A program made the translations under genes and the position numbers. A stretch of 64,000 nucleotides of DNA from Octopus vulgaris (taxonomy: Eukaryota). The stretch covers positions 207,762,001-207,826,000 of the forward strand of contig OX597814.1 in NCBI GenBank assembly GCA_951406725.2. Direction: 5' to 3'. Positions 51,053 to 64,000 of this stretch are shown here, one piece after another (position 1 is the stretch's first letter; every line of letters starts with the position of its first letter). The notes beneath the pieces were generated by a model, which was not told where the DNA came from, did not search any database, and saw only the letters and a program-made list of their open reading frames with translations.

Positions 51053-51461
51053 TCATCATCATCATCGTTTAACATCCATTTTTCATGCTGGCATAGGTTG
51101 GACGGTCTGACTGAGGTCTGGAAAACCAGCGGCTGCACCAGGCTCCAGTCTGATCTGGCAATGTTTCTACAGCTGGATGCTCTTCCTAACACTAACCACT
51201 CTGAGAGTGTAGTAGGCGCTTTTTACTAGCCACCAGCCCAGGAGCCAGTTGGGCAGGCCTGGCATCGATCACATTTGGATAGTGCTTTTTACATGCCACC
51301 GGCATGGGAGCCAGTCAGGGGTCACTGGCATCGGCCACGTTCAGAGGTGCTTTTTACATGCCACTGGCATGGGAGCCAATCAGGCAGCCCTGGCATCATT
51401 CACGTTCAGATAGTGCTTTTTACGTGCCACCGGCACAGGAGCCAGTCAGGGAGCACTGGCA
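51053..51461 (-). mobile_element. RTE 3' UTR fragment with about four ~62-bp internal tandem units
   Basis: Repeated GTGCTTTTTACATGCCACCGGCATGGGAGCCAGTCAGG unit. Confidence 0.85.
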
Positions 51462-51476
51462 TTATTATTATGATTT

Positions 51477-53345
51477 ATGGCAGCAAGCTGACAGAATCAA
51501 TCCCACACCATACAAAATGCTTTGTGGCATCCTGTCTGTCTTTACATTCTGAGTTCAAATGCTGCCAAGTTTGACTTCGTCTTTCATCTATTAAAGGTCA
51601 ATAAAATAAGAACCAGTCAAGTACTGGGGCTCGATGAAATTGACTAGCCACCGCTACCAAAATTTCAGGCCTTGTACTTATATTAGAAAGGATTATTATT
51701 ATCATATTTAAGGCAGTGAGCCGGCAGAATCGTTAGCATGCTCAGCAAAATGCTTAGCAGTATTTCACCCATCATTACGTTCTGAGTTCAAATTACACTA
51801 AGATCGACTTTGCTTTTCATCCTTTCAGGGTCAATAAATTAAGTACAGTCAAGTATTGGGGACAATGTGTTCAACTTACCCACAAATTTCAGCCCTTGTG
51901 CCTATTGTAGAAAGGATTATTATTATTAAAGGTGGTGATCTGGCAGAAATGTTAGCACACAGGGCAAAATGCTTAGCAGTATTTGGCCTGTCTTTATGTT
52001 CTGAGTTCAAATTCTGCCAAGGTCGACTTTGCCTTTCATCCTTTCAGGGTCGATAAATTAAGTGCCAGTTGTGTACTGGGGTCGATCTAATTGACTGTCC
52101 CACCTCCCCAAAGATTTCGGGCCTTGTGCCTAGAGTAGAAAACATTATTATTATTATGTTCAAATACTGCTGAAGCCAACTTTTTGCCTTTCATCTTTCC
52201 ACTCTTCTACTAGGGCCAATAACATCAACTGACTCAACACACTTCCCTACAGATTTGTAGCCTTGTGCCTATGTTAGAAATCATGACTGCTTTTTTTATG
52301 TTCTAGATTCGGAAGAGGGTGTTGAATGAACAAAATATGGAACTCCAAACAAAATGCCTTGTGTTATCTGGTTACCATATTTTCCAGCATACAAGTAGTC
52401 ATAGTAAATAGTGTAAACATTCAAACCTCTTTCCAAATCCTGGTGCATTTCACATGGAATTTTTGGTCCTCCTGAGTCATTTTGGTATATATATATCAAC
52501 CTACCTTTTTGGGGGGCTGTTAAGTTTGGTCTAAAAAGTTCAACTCGTATGCCAGAAAATATGGTCTGTCTCATATCCTGAGTTCAATCCTCAACTAGGT
52601 TCATTCTTTCCAAATCCTGATGCATTTCACATGGAATTTTTGGTCCTCCAGAGTCATTTTGGTGTATATATCTCAACCTACCTTTTTTTTTGGCTGTTAA
52701 GTTTGGTCTGAAAAGTTCAACTTGTATGCCAGAAAATATGGTATGTCTCATATCTTGAGTTCAATCCTCAACTAGGTTCACTTTGCTTGTTATCCTTCCA
52801 GCATCAGTCAAGTAAATATTGTTGCCAAATGAATTCATTACATGCCCCACTAATTGTTGTGAACTTATGTCTATCTTATTAGAAGAATTGTTTAGCGTGG
52901 CAGACACAATGTGTTGCAATGCTTAGTTTCTGTTCTTTACATCCTAAGTTCAAGCCCCACAAATATCAACTTTGCCTTTCATCTTTTCAGATTCATTAAA
53001 ATAAAATACCAGTCAACCACTGGAATCGGTGTAATTGACTTACTCCTCCAATTTTCAGGTCATCTGTCTATATAAGAAACAGTTATTATAATCATCATCA
53101 TTATACAAGGGCAGGAGAATGACAAAATCATAAGGGTGCAGAACAATATACCTTGCAGTATTTATTCTGGCTCTTTACATTCTGGTTTCATATCCCACTG
53201 AAATCATCATTGCCTCTCATTTCTCAGGGCTCAAAAAAGCAAATTACCGATCAAGTACTGGGGACAATGTTAGCTGATGCCATATTGACTAACCCTGTCT
53301 CCACAAAATTGCTGGGCTTGTGCCTAAATTAGAAAGCAATCATTA
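51477..53345 (+). repeat. Second same-strand cluster of SINE family 2 copies (about 7, some truncated)
   Basis: Units start near 51477, 51710, 51929, 52158, 52320, 52880 and 53107, mostly after TTA/TCA runs. Confidence 0.75.
52375..52564. mobile_element. Tc1/pogo-type MITE (TA target)
   Basis: TA|CCATATTTTCCAGCATACAAGT ... ACTCGTATGCCAGAAAATATGG, 19/22 inverted match; the duplicated right end at 52741 is followed by TA. Confidence 0.7.
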
Positions 53346-53599
53346 TTTTTAGCAAACCAGTAGAGCAAAAGAACTGATAATGTTAGACTAAATGATTTAC
53401 TGTTTTGATTTTTTGTAAAGTTAATTAGAGGAAGATAGCAATTCTCAAAACTTACCTTATTTTCAGGATGTTGAAAATTGGTGAAGTTAAAGGGAAAGAA
53501 AACATTTTAACTCATGAGTTAATCTCAGATTGCAAACCTTGTCCAAACACTTTGTGACAAGGATGTCTCTATTAATGGGACTCAAGATGGTGGTGTTAT

Positions 53600-53850
53600 C
53601 ATCTTCATCATCATCAGCATCGTTTAATGTCTGCTTTCCATGTTAGCATGGGTTAGACGATTTGACTGAGGTCTGGCGAACCAGATGGCTGCACCAGACT
53701 CCAGTCTGATCTGGCAGAGTTTCTACAGCTGGATGCCCTTCCTAACGCCAACCACTCCGAGAGTGTAGTGGGTGCTTTTACGTACCACTGGCACGACGGC
53801 CAGTCAGGCAGTACTGGCAACGGACTGGCCCTCGTGCCGGTGGCACGTCT
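53600..53850 (-). mobile_element. RTE 3' UTR fragment
   Basis: Family core and degenerate (CAT)n tail. Confidence 0.8.
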
Positions 53851-54524
53851 AAATTCAACATTTGTTTTCCATGCATCATCCAAGTATTGAGATCAATTAA
53901 ACTTGACTATTTTTCCATCCACTCCAAATTTGTGATCCTGTGCCTATCTTAGAAACTATTGTTTTTTGTTATTGTTTTTTTGTTGTTTTTTTTTTACCCA
54001 AACAAGTCTTACTTTTCCATTCTTATTTTTAAATTACATTCTACTTTATCTGTGTATTTTTCAGGATTACCATTTTTTTCAATCTGAATTTAAAACACTA
54101 TCTTTTTCTTTCGTATGCTGTCTGTAGCTGCTCAACATATGTTAATACATAGCAAACTAAAGAATTTCTTACTACCTTATGTCTGAGTCTGGAGACTTTG
54201 ACCACTGCTATAGTTAATATCTTGGATACACACACACACACACATGTATGTATGTAAGCCAGTCATCCAGCCCATTCCAGTTTAGAAAGCAGACATAAAA
54301 CAATGATGATACATACATATATGTGCATTGTGTTTTTTATTAAAACAGTATGTCTAAAAGGCTATTTGTTGAACTCACTGTTATGTGCATGTGTGTGTGT
54401 GTGTGTGTCATCGTTTCATATTTTCCAAGGTGAGTAAAATACGTATTAGGGCAAGCCAGCTATTGATAGACCTTGTTGGGGATTGCACAACCTGTTAAAA
54501 TTAGCAGCCAAACGTCTACCTTAA

Positions 54525-54746
54525 CCCTTTAGCATTTAAACCAGCCATATCCGGCCAAAAGTATTCTGCCTGTTTTATGTTCAAACTGGCCAGATCTGGT
54601 CTCTCACACCAACCCTACAATATCATTTTAAAAATTAACAGCTACCTCATCAAAATCTCATAGCTACAAGATAATGTGTGATTAGTTCAAAACAATGTAG
54701 ATGAAAAAAGCATTAATTTTGGCAGAATAATGTGAACACTAAAGGG
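54525..54746. mobile_element. piggyBac-type MITE, family A, intact TTAA TSD
   Basis: TTAA|CCCTTTAG ... CTAAAGGG|TTAA. Confidence 0.85.
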
Positions 54747-56342
54747 TTAAAAGTTGAAAGGCACATTGATTAATGTAGTATGAGAACATGACAGAATGAT
54801 TGGAGATGGACTATTTGTTGTTTGTATGTCTACTTATTTAGGACCAACTCCTTATTCAGGACCAACCTGTGGCTAAACAACAGTAACAACTTAAGTATTG
54901 GGGCAGGTTCAGTAATATCTTAACATCTTAAGTAATGGGGCACTAGAAATCAAATGCTCCAGCATAGCCACAATCCAATGGCTGAAGCCAGTGATTTGAC
55001 ATTTGAAATTGAGTTAATATTTTGGCTACCTACCAATTTGTTTCTCATTTTTAGCTAAACTGGGTGAATCTTTTTGCAGTATGTGTATGTTTGATTATGA
55101 TTCTTGCTCACAGCTAAGAGTAATGTAGCCATTCATTGCTATATTTGGCCAAGAATACGGCATAGTGTTGATAACAAGATAGAAGCCGCTGACCCTTTGA
55201 CCAATTGTCTAGAACTCAATGAACTCTGCCATCTGCATCTTCTCATATGTTAATATATCATTAAATCAGCATCCTTTAGATTATAGATTGTTTGATTCTG
55301 TGTTTTGCAGAAATAGTTTTGAATATTTATTTAAAGAAAATGAAATTGAATGAAGAATCTTGTACTAAAATTATTTTCCAACTTCTGTTCTTTATATTCT
55401 GTGTATTGGTGGCTTTTACGGTCAAAACAATAATTATTCACGTTTTGGCATTGATTACATTATGTGCTATGCATACACACATGTAACCTCACTGTCTCGC
55501 ACTCTTTTAGACAAACAGATACATATACACATATATGTGTCTGTAAATGTGCTTGTGTGTGTATATCTTTATATATAAGTTAAGGTGTCTTTAGTCTGAA
55601 TAAAAACTTTGGCCACATAATACAAAGTAAAATGTAGAATTCATTTAAAAAGAATGGATGAAGCCAGCTGTTCATTGACAGCTTGAATGTATTTTTTCTT
55701 TCATATATATATATATATGTATATATATATGTATGTATGTATGTATATATGTATGTATGTATGAACAAAGTAAAGAGTAATCAGTATGTTGAGATCATTG
55801 TCATCCTATACATGTGTGTGTGCATACATTCATACACACCTACATGCTCATACATATGCACCACAGATGGAGATTGTATTTTCTGGAGGCTAATAATGGT
55901 TAAGGTAACACCATTCAGTATACCAAGTGTATGAAGTAACATATAAGGTGCCAATCATATGACAAAATAGTTTGAGAAAAAGGTTTTCTACTCAGAGATG
56001 AACAGCTAAACTCTGCATCAACCATGCAGGGTGTTACATACTTTATGCTCTGTATGCCTGGATGATCCAAAACAAATTTACAATCCCTACATCGAAGTTA
56101 AAATACAGCACTGTTAATGTTGTTTTATCTTGATTTGACTCACTTCATACAAACGTTTTTATGCTGTAACTCTCAACAGCTGTTCATATCACATCCATAA
56201 TTTCTTTTGAAGAGGTAAAAAAATGAAGGTGTGGTATTGCAATAATCCCTAAGAAGTTGCTTTCTAGCTTGACAAATATCTACAAACTCTTTTTATATTT
56301 TGCATATGGTGGTTGAAGTGTGTAACTTTCAGCCACAGAAAA

Positions 56343-59300
56343 ATTCTATCAACTATGTTGCATATATGAAAATGGTGTCTTTTAGCAATTTCCCTGATGA
56401 ATTCCATGACTTCCTCAGTTTTCTCCCTCCAATATCTAAAGTGACCTCATGTATTTAAACAAACACCACAAAAATAACTTATAAATTTCTTGATGATAAC
56501 TTGAAACGATTCTCTATGTTCTGAACTATCGATAAACCCAGTCACAGTACTGGCAATATGTACTTGTTTTAACAGGTATTATCATATTAGACAATATCAA
56601 ATTAATGTATCCAGCTGACGGTAATAACAGTCTTCAAAATATTACTTAGTGGAAATTCTCTTGATTCTTCAAAATATATCAATCTTTGCAACTGCAAAGA
56701 AAAAAACAACATAAATGAATAAATTTCTCTTGTAATTTCTTTTCTCTCATCACAAGACTCTATGGCACATGTCCAAATTCTGAAACACACTTGTTCCAAT
56801 TTCACAACAGAAAGTCTTTAACATAAAAAAACACAAACAGGATATATGAAAAATTGACTGAGATCTTAGAATGAAAAGAAAACTACGAAAAACAAGTCCA
56901 AAACAAAACTTTGTGCTAAAAATATTGTTGAAAAATTGAGGGAATATTTCACTGTGGAAATCAAAAACTGCTGAAGTTCAGCCATGAAACCTTTTGGTTT
57001 CTGTAATTAAATCCTTAACAAAAAGACTGCTCCATTCACAATACATGAATCAACACTTGCCAACAATTTTTACTCTTTTTTTTAATTGACAAAGTAAAAA
57101 AATCTCTAATTTCTATTTTCCTATTCTATATGATGAAATCATCTTTGGTGGTGGTACTCCCCACTCCAACAAATAAGCAAGAATAAAGGGACATTTTCTG
57201 TATTCTGTATTTAAGATTATTGGCAGGTGATAACTTTAAACTTTGCATTTTTTTAAATCTCTTACACATTCCTCATCTATGTAAAAATTATCAAATCCTA
57301 CTGGTGATTCTGCACTAAAGAAGATGAGATGCAAAAGAAATAAGGCTGTTAACTTATAAAATACTTTACACTCAGTCAATAACATATTCTTGGACAAAAA
57401 ATTGTGGATTGATGCATCAGCCAAATTTCCTTATAAGACGGAAATCTTCAGCTTATAACTCTTATTATTCAATAAAAAGAATGTGTGAGCTTTGAAATTC
57501 TGCCAATCACTTGTGTGCTCTTTTCATCAGCAAATTCATTGGAAAGGCTATATTTTGTCTGCCGGCTAATTATTTCATATACAACACCTTGTATTCTTTG
57601 AGCTAATCAGTGTTCAAGAGGCAGTGCATCACCAGATTCTTCTGTTTACATTGTGTAGCAATATTCACAGGAATACTAGCAACAGTTTTTACTTACATGT
57701 CCTGCTGATAGATCCATTGGCAGTATTTGTTAAAATAGACTACGGTATTCTTTTGGAAGTCTTATACCATTCAGGTGTCTCATGCATTAGTGTACAGTCG
57801 TTTGCTTTATATAAAAAATTGCTCAAATGCAAGTAATTAAGTGATAAGCAAAATACTCCGAAGCACAGTACTAAGTCCTTTCTTTTTCAACATAGACATT
57901 TCACAATTTGTAACTTACTCTGACAGTAATCTTGGTTTCAGTACTTATAATAGCAGGTGACTATCAAGTCACTCTACATGAGCCCCCGGTTACATTAACT
58001 AAATACATGTTTTGATGTTATATAGCTCAGGTAAGCTCTGACTGAGCAGAACAACTAGGATCAAAGTGTTCTAACTGCAATTGTCTCTCTTGTTTAAATA
58101 TCCAGGACCAAATTATCCGATGCATCTATTTTTTTTTTCTTAAACTTGGTAGGTATGATTTGAGGAACATTTAGCTGTTATTTCTAGTTATCAAGTGACT
58201 ACATACCAGCTCTTTCACTGGAAACAGATGATGTGTTGTTACTGCTACTGACCATTGATCAAACTAAAATTTATTATCTCTGTGTTTTGAAAAATCAGCT
58301 CTTATAATTTTCTGTTCTTGGTCTGCTCTAAAAAAAAAAAGCTGGAAGATTAAAATACTCTAAAACTATTGTGCTTGTACTATAACTAAAATCCTCTTCA
58401 ACATAAGTATGTGCTCCATATTGCCCTGACTATATTTGTTCTCTATACCAAAACATATATATATTTCAAAAGTTTCGCTCATAATTTACAGAAGTAACTC
58501 ATAAGCTTCATACATGACTGATCTTTTCCAATTCAACTTCATTAAACTGCTTGAAATTTTATCCGGCACCAATCAGTGATGGGGGAACATGTATACAGAA
58601 AGGAAATATGGATCATATTGTCATAAAGCCAGCAGAAAATCTTAGACATTTAAAAAGAAGAAAGAACTTTTTTTCTTATTTTTCCAAAGCTTTCTAAGTA
58701 TCATTTTCTAAACTTAATATACACTTAGCACATTTTGCACACCTGTCCGCTACCACTAAACCAATATCAGGTTAGTAAACAGAGCAGACAGTTTTATACA
58801 ATCTATTTCATCTTCATCTTCATCGTCATTGTTGAGACATCATCATCATCATCATAAACAACATAATTTCTGGACTTAATCCTTTCGTTACCAGTCCGCC
58901 TGAAACCGGCTCTGGCTCTGAGTAGAAATATCTTGTTTTCATAAGTTTTGAATTAAAATCTCCCACCAAACCTTAGTCACAATCTATGTTCCTAACTCTA
59001 GCTGAATGATAATGAAGTTATTTTACTAAATTCTTTGTTATATTTAAAGTAATTAAAAGAAACACAGAGCATCTTAAAATAAATACAGTAACGAAAGGGT
59101 TAATATTTGTGACAGAATTAGTTGCACATATCGTAATAAGTAATCGCCAAAATTCTTCAGTTTAAGAAAGAATATAAACCAGATAGATTTTGAAAACCAT
59201 TTTGTTGTTGTTTAACCCCAAAGTGAGCAGATCTATGATCAAAGGTGTTACAGCTACAACAATTTTATTTTCTTAAATATATCTAAGACTACATTATCCA

Positions 59301-60088
59301 TTTTAAATTTTACAATAAATATGTATTTTACTAGAAGGTATTGAGTAATTTTTCAGTATATGTTAAGCTGTTTTCATATAAAGACAGACACACACACACA
59401 CACACACACACACATAATATTGTGTTCTTATGTGTGTGTATAACATTTGAATGTAAAAGCACTTAATGCTGAAATAGAGTCACTTAGTATATGGGATCCT
59501 TTCGTTCTATTGAGGTTGATATACCCAATGAGGCAGTGCCCCAGGGCTACATATTCAGTGACTGAAACGTGTAAAAGTATAAATTTATTCAGACATACAC
59601 TTCCATCACATACACAGGGGGTGGCATTTAACAATTGTAGTCAGTTTCTAAATGCAAGTGAAAAGAACCTGCACACTGCATGTTTACTGTCTGTGCATGC
59701 AAAAATCTAGGTTACTGTACTGGATGATTCTATCAACTATGTTGCATATATGAAAATGGTGTCTTTTAGCAATTTCCATGATGAATTCCATGACTTCCTC
59801 AGTTTTCTCCCTCCAGTATCTACAGTGACCTCATCATGTATTTAAACAAACACCACAAAAATAACTTATAAATTTCTTGATGATAACTTGAAACGATTCT
59901 CTATGTTCTGAACTACCGATAAACCCAGTCACAGTACTGGCAATATGTACTTGTTTTTACAGGTATTATCATATTAGACAATATCAAATTAATGTATCCA
60001 GCTGACAGTAATTATAGTCAAATTTTTCTTCAAAATATTACTTAGTGGAAATTCTCTTGATTCTTCAAAATATATCAATCTTTACAAC
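56343..60088. repeat. Pair of ~350-bp direct repeats (56343-56692 and 59727-60088)
   Basis: Near-identical sequence from ATTCTATCAACTATGTTGC to TATATCAATCTTT, with few substitutions and two small indels. Confidence 0.9.
58880..59099. mobile_element. piggyBac-type MITE, family B, intact TTAA TSD
   Basis: TTAA|TCCTTTCGTTAC ... GTAACGAAAGGG|TTAA. Confidence 0.85.
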
Positions 60089-61115
60089 AGCATTTAACAA
60101 CTTCAATTCTTAAGTGACTCCAAGTGTATTCTTTAAAAGCAACTTGTCCTTTTATATTTCTGTGTGTATGAGGGGTAGGGTCTCTATCTTTCACATGATA
60201 TCTATATAAATCCCTCTCTCTCTCTCTCTGTCATTCCTTGCTCATTCTCTCTCTTTTTCTAATATACACAGAGAAGGTTTTTGGAAAGTTTCTGCTACCT
60301 TCTCGACCAGTAGTGAAATTTTGCGTAACTTAAGTTCAGCTGATTGCTGCTATCAGCTTTTTTAATAATTCTATTGCTCTGCGTACATTTCTAAAAGCGC
60401 TACCTACATAAATTGAAAATACTCTTCCCCTCATAAATCTCTATCTCTTTATCTCCCACTTCTGCTTCTCTACAATGCCAGATGTTTTCAACATGCAACA
60501 GAGGGGCTGTGACGCTGACTGCATCTTTCTTACCCACCTATCCATATCCCCCGAGAACTCACACAATTACACACACACACCTGCAACAACAGCTGACATA
60601 CCAGTATCAGTATTGATCTATCAGATTCATAGAAAGCCTCTTCAGTGACATGCTACGATGCATGCAGCTGCACTCTACCACTTCTGTTGATGCTGCTGCT
60701 GGTTCTACTACTACTACTGCTGCTGCTGCTGCTGTTACTACTATTTTTACTACTATTAGTACTATTAGTTTTAAAGTATGTATTTTCATTATTAATATAG
60801 AATACTCCTTCTAAACATGTGAATTTATATGCCAACAAGAGAGTCTGTGTGGTCACTCAACTTGCAAGAAATAGAAACCAGGTGGAAATCTTCCCTTGAA
60901 TCACACACGCTCCATCATAGACCTAGATATCCTTAAAAAGATGATTGTCTTGACTGGACTACTTTTAAACTTAGGTTTTCCCTGTTAAGATCCGATCTGA
61001 CTTTGGCTAAATAACTACAAATGAACTTATTTTAGTTGATGCAATCTTTATATATTGTTTGGTTATTGTTTGAAATTAGGAAAATGAATTTCTTAAGTTT
61101 TTCATTTCTAGTTTA

Positions 61116-61535
61116 TACTCTTTTACTCTTTTACTTGTTTCAGTCATTTGACTGCGGCCATGCTGGAGCACCGCCTTTAATCGAGCAACTCGACCCCGGG
61201 ACTTATTCTTTGTAAGCCTAGTGCTTATTCTATCGGTTTCTTTTTGCCGAACCGCTAAGTGACGGGGACGTAAACACACCAGCATCAGTTGTCAAGCAAT
61301 GCTAGGGGGACAAACACAGACACACAAACACACACACATACACATACATATATATATATATATACATATATACGACGGGCTTCTTTCAGTTTCCGTCTAC
61401 CAAATCCACTCACAAGGCTTTGGTTGGCCCGAGGCTATAGCAGAAGACACTTGCCCAAGGTGCCACGCAGTGGGACTGAACCCTGAACCATGTGGCTGGT
61501 TAGCCAGCTACTTACCACACAGCCACTCCTGCGCC
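61116..61535 (-). mobile_element. SINE family 1, full length
   Basis: Complete head to tail. Confidence 0.9.
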
Positions 61536-61679
61536 TGTGCTGTTTCAGTATCTACAGTTGAAAATCATGTGATACAATGTTTATGTTAAAACCGGTGCTG
61601 GCTCAGCTAACTGTGAGCCATTTGTAAAACAGCTTTTCTGTCAAATATATATTGTAATTACTTTGATGCTGTGCTTGTA

Positions 61680-61848
61680 AACACTCACTACACTCTCGGA
61701 ATGGTTGGGATTAGGAAGGGCATCCAGCCGTAGAAACCTTGCCAGGTCAGATCGGAACCTGGTGCAGCTTCCTAACTTACCAGTTTTCAGTCAAACCATG
61801 CAATCCATGTGACCATGGAAAACAGACGTTAAATGATGATGATGATGA
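61680..61848 (+). mobile_element. RTE 3' UTR fragment with (GAT)n tail
   Basis: Family core and tail. Confidence 0.75.
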
Positions 61849-62663
61849 GTTTGTCCTTCAACTGTCTCTGACTTTTCAAGCACATATTATTTCTATCCAA
61901 GTAGTATTGTGTAGTGTATAGTGGCATAGGACAGTGTAGATGGAAATGTGCTTCCAATAAGCCAGATTTTCGGAATTAATTCCAGTTCCTGATTTTTAGG
62001 TGTTCTACTTTATTTGCATCTATCCACCAGCCGACATGTCAAAATAAGTATCCATACAAATACACACACACACACTCACAGACACACATAAAGCAAAGTT
62101 GGAGGGAAAGGTCTTGTAGATAAATGTTAAGTTTAGAAAGTTAAAAATGTGATTACTAGTAAAATATGTAGATTGTTGGAGATGAAAGTTGGGAAAAGTG
62201 TATTAATCAAGACAAGAAGATAGATTGAAAAGCATGAGACTTCAAGTAGCTTGGTCTGAGCTGTCACTGTTACATTGGTGGAGCAAATTTATTATCCACT
62301 TAATCACAAGAAAATTGGTGCTATTATATATATATATATATATATTGAGAGAAACACACATATATATTTATATAAGTAGGTTGCGTATTATATGTGTGTG
62401 TGTGTGTGTGGGTATGTATTTATATGCATGTGACTGTGTATGTAATTATGTAATGGCATTTATTGAAAATGCTCCAGATAAGAAACAAAAGCTAACTGAC
62501 ATAAGCTAGACGCAGCTACAATCAGGTTGAAAGCTTAGTAATAAGAAAACAATGCCAGACTGAGGAAAGATCTGACAAGCAACAAAATCAGCAGCAAGGA
62601 ATGGTAAAACTCAAATTCTCTCTCTCTATCTGTTAGTCTGTTTCTCTTACTCTCTCTCTGTCT

Positions 62664-62712
<49 letters not shown>

Positions 62713-62912
62713 TTCTTTCTTTCCCTCTCTCTCTTTCTCTCTCTAAGGACACACCATTTCCATATCACCATCATCAAAAATATTGCAACTGCACATACCC
62801 ACTTTAAATGTCAAAACTCCTGTCCTTTTTCAAGCTTTTACCAGAAAAAAGTTATGTGCAGCAAATACTGAGAACCAACTACAGATATCAGGCAATCTTT
62901 TCATCATTAAAT

Positions 62913-62913
62913 G

Positions 62914-62946
<33 letters not shown>

Positions 62947-62986
62947 GAGATAAATGATAATAATAATAATAATAATAATGGAGATA

Positions 62987-63018
<32 letters not shown>

Positions 63019-63300
63019 CATTGTGTACAGTGCTCAGGTGCACTACAACTCATCTAAAGTGTATATATAATCAGGTGTAGTTTCGGCGGATTTCGGAAAG
63101 CATGAGGGCCTTAAAGGATGCAGTGTCATGGCAGTCAACAACTGACGCAGGCAGTTTATTCCATGCTTCAGCAACTCTGAGCGTGAAAAAATGTTTCCGA
63201 AAGTCATGGGAGCTGTGTTGTTTTCTGACTTTGTAGGCATGTCCACGTGTGTTAGACACATGGAGATCAAAAAGGTGTTCAGTGTTGTTGTTGGTGAAAC
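62913..63300 (-). mobile_element. CR1/L2-group LINE 3' end next to a (TTA)n tract
   Basis: NTRGHAYKVRKQHSSHDFRKHFFTLRVAEAWNKLPASVV...SFK is the characteristic CR1-type C-terminus (TRGH..K ... FF..RV...WN.LP..VV). Confidence 0.85.
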
Positions 63301-64000
63301 AACAAAAACCTATCCTGATAAAATTCCAGCCAAAGTCATAAAAATAATTGTAAAAAGAAACGGGTGGCCTCTTGATGTCACATATTTCACATGTATGTTA
63401 TTTATGGTTTATTTCCAAACCTGTGATAGGTTGCTGCTACATGATAACTAGTGCTATCACACCTGTACACTCTTTGAAAGTATATTGCCAAGACAAATAC
63501 ATTGGCCAGAATACATATACCAAAACTACCGCACAAAGACGTGATCGGTATTTGTTCAGTCAAAAACAGAAAGAACCTTCTGAACCCAAATTCACAATCG
63601 CTTCCTGTAACCTTCACCCTCTACGATGAAATCAGTCATTGGGCCTCATTCAAAACTAAAATCTATAATTGGGTCATTGTCTCAAAAGCATTCAGTGTTT
63701 GGACAAATTAGTATGTTTATTGTTCATTTGTTTTATGTCTGGTTTACTGTCCTAGCAATGGTTGCGAAAATGCACATTGAGGCATTATTTTATAGCTGAA
63801 GGCTCTTCCTGTTGCTAAGATTTATCCTCTTATCAAGTAAAGGATTTTTTTATTCTACACACCTTTTAGAAGTACAAAGCCAACAGATGGCTTGTTGAAT
63901 TGTTTACAGGCTTCTTTCACCATTTGTAACTTTACTGCCGACTCTAAACTTTACAAAGGTACATTCATGTTCACACACATTCATATACATCTATACATCA

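Noticed and set aside
56343-60088. LTR retrotransposon bounded by the 350-bp repeats
   Set aside because: No TG...CA termini, PBS, PPT, TSD or gag/pol motifs found.
60689-60800. Poly-Leu signal-peptide-like frame
   Set aside because: Product of CTG/CTA trinucleotide repeats; ends at a nearby stop.

Overview
AT-rich, microsatellite-dense animal genomic DNA. The SINE/LINE families and the CA/TA/TTA/CAT/GATA microsatellite load point to an octopus (coleoid cephalopod); this is recognition from memory, not a database search. One host coding exon is well supported: the terminal exon of a SOCS7-like gene (C-terminal half of SH2 plus SOCS box, 40496-40812, + strand). I found no upstream SH2 exon, so most of 1-40495 is probably one very long intron. 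The rest is layered transposon debris: two decayed hAT transposases (one with TIRs and an 8-bp TSD), RTE/CR1/Dong-R4/HERO LINE 3' fragments, three tRNA-derived SINE families, piggyBac-type and pogo-type MITEs, a Helitron-like 5' end, and Penelope-type repeats with degenerate minimal hammerhead motifs. The most unusual structures are a 62-bp fold-back hairpin whose only two mismatches are A.C pairs, head-to-tail SINE arrays joined by (TTA)n just downstream of SOCS7, a ~220-bp palindrome of hammerhead-bearing arms, and a GTAAGT donor overlapping the SOCS7 stop codon. I see no convincing evidence of a wholly new biological system. Most ORF-track entries are microsatellite or repeat artefacts. Repeat coordinates were read by eye and may be off by some bases.
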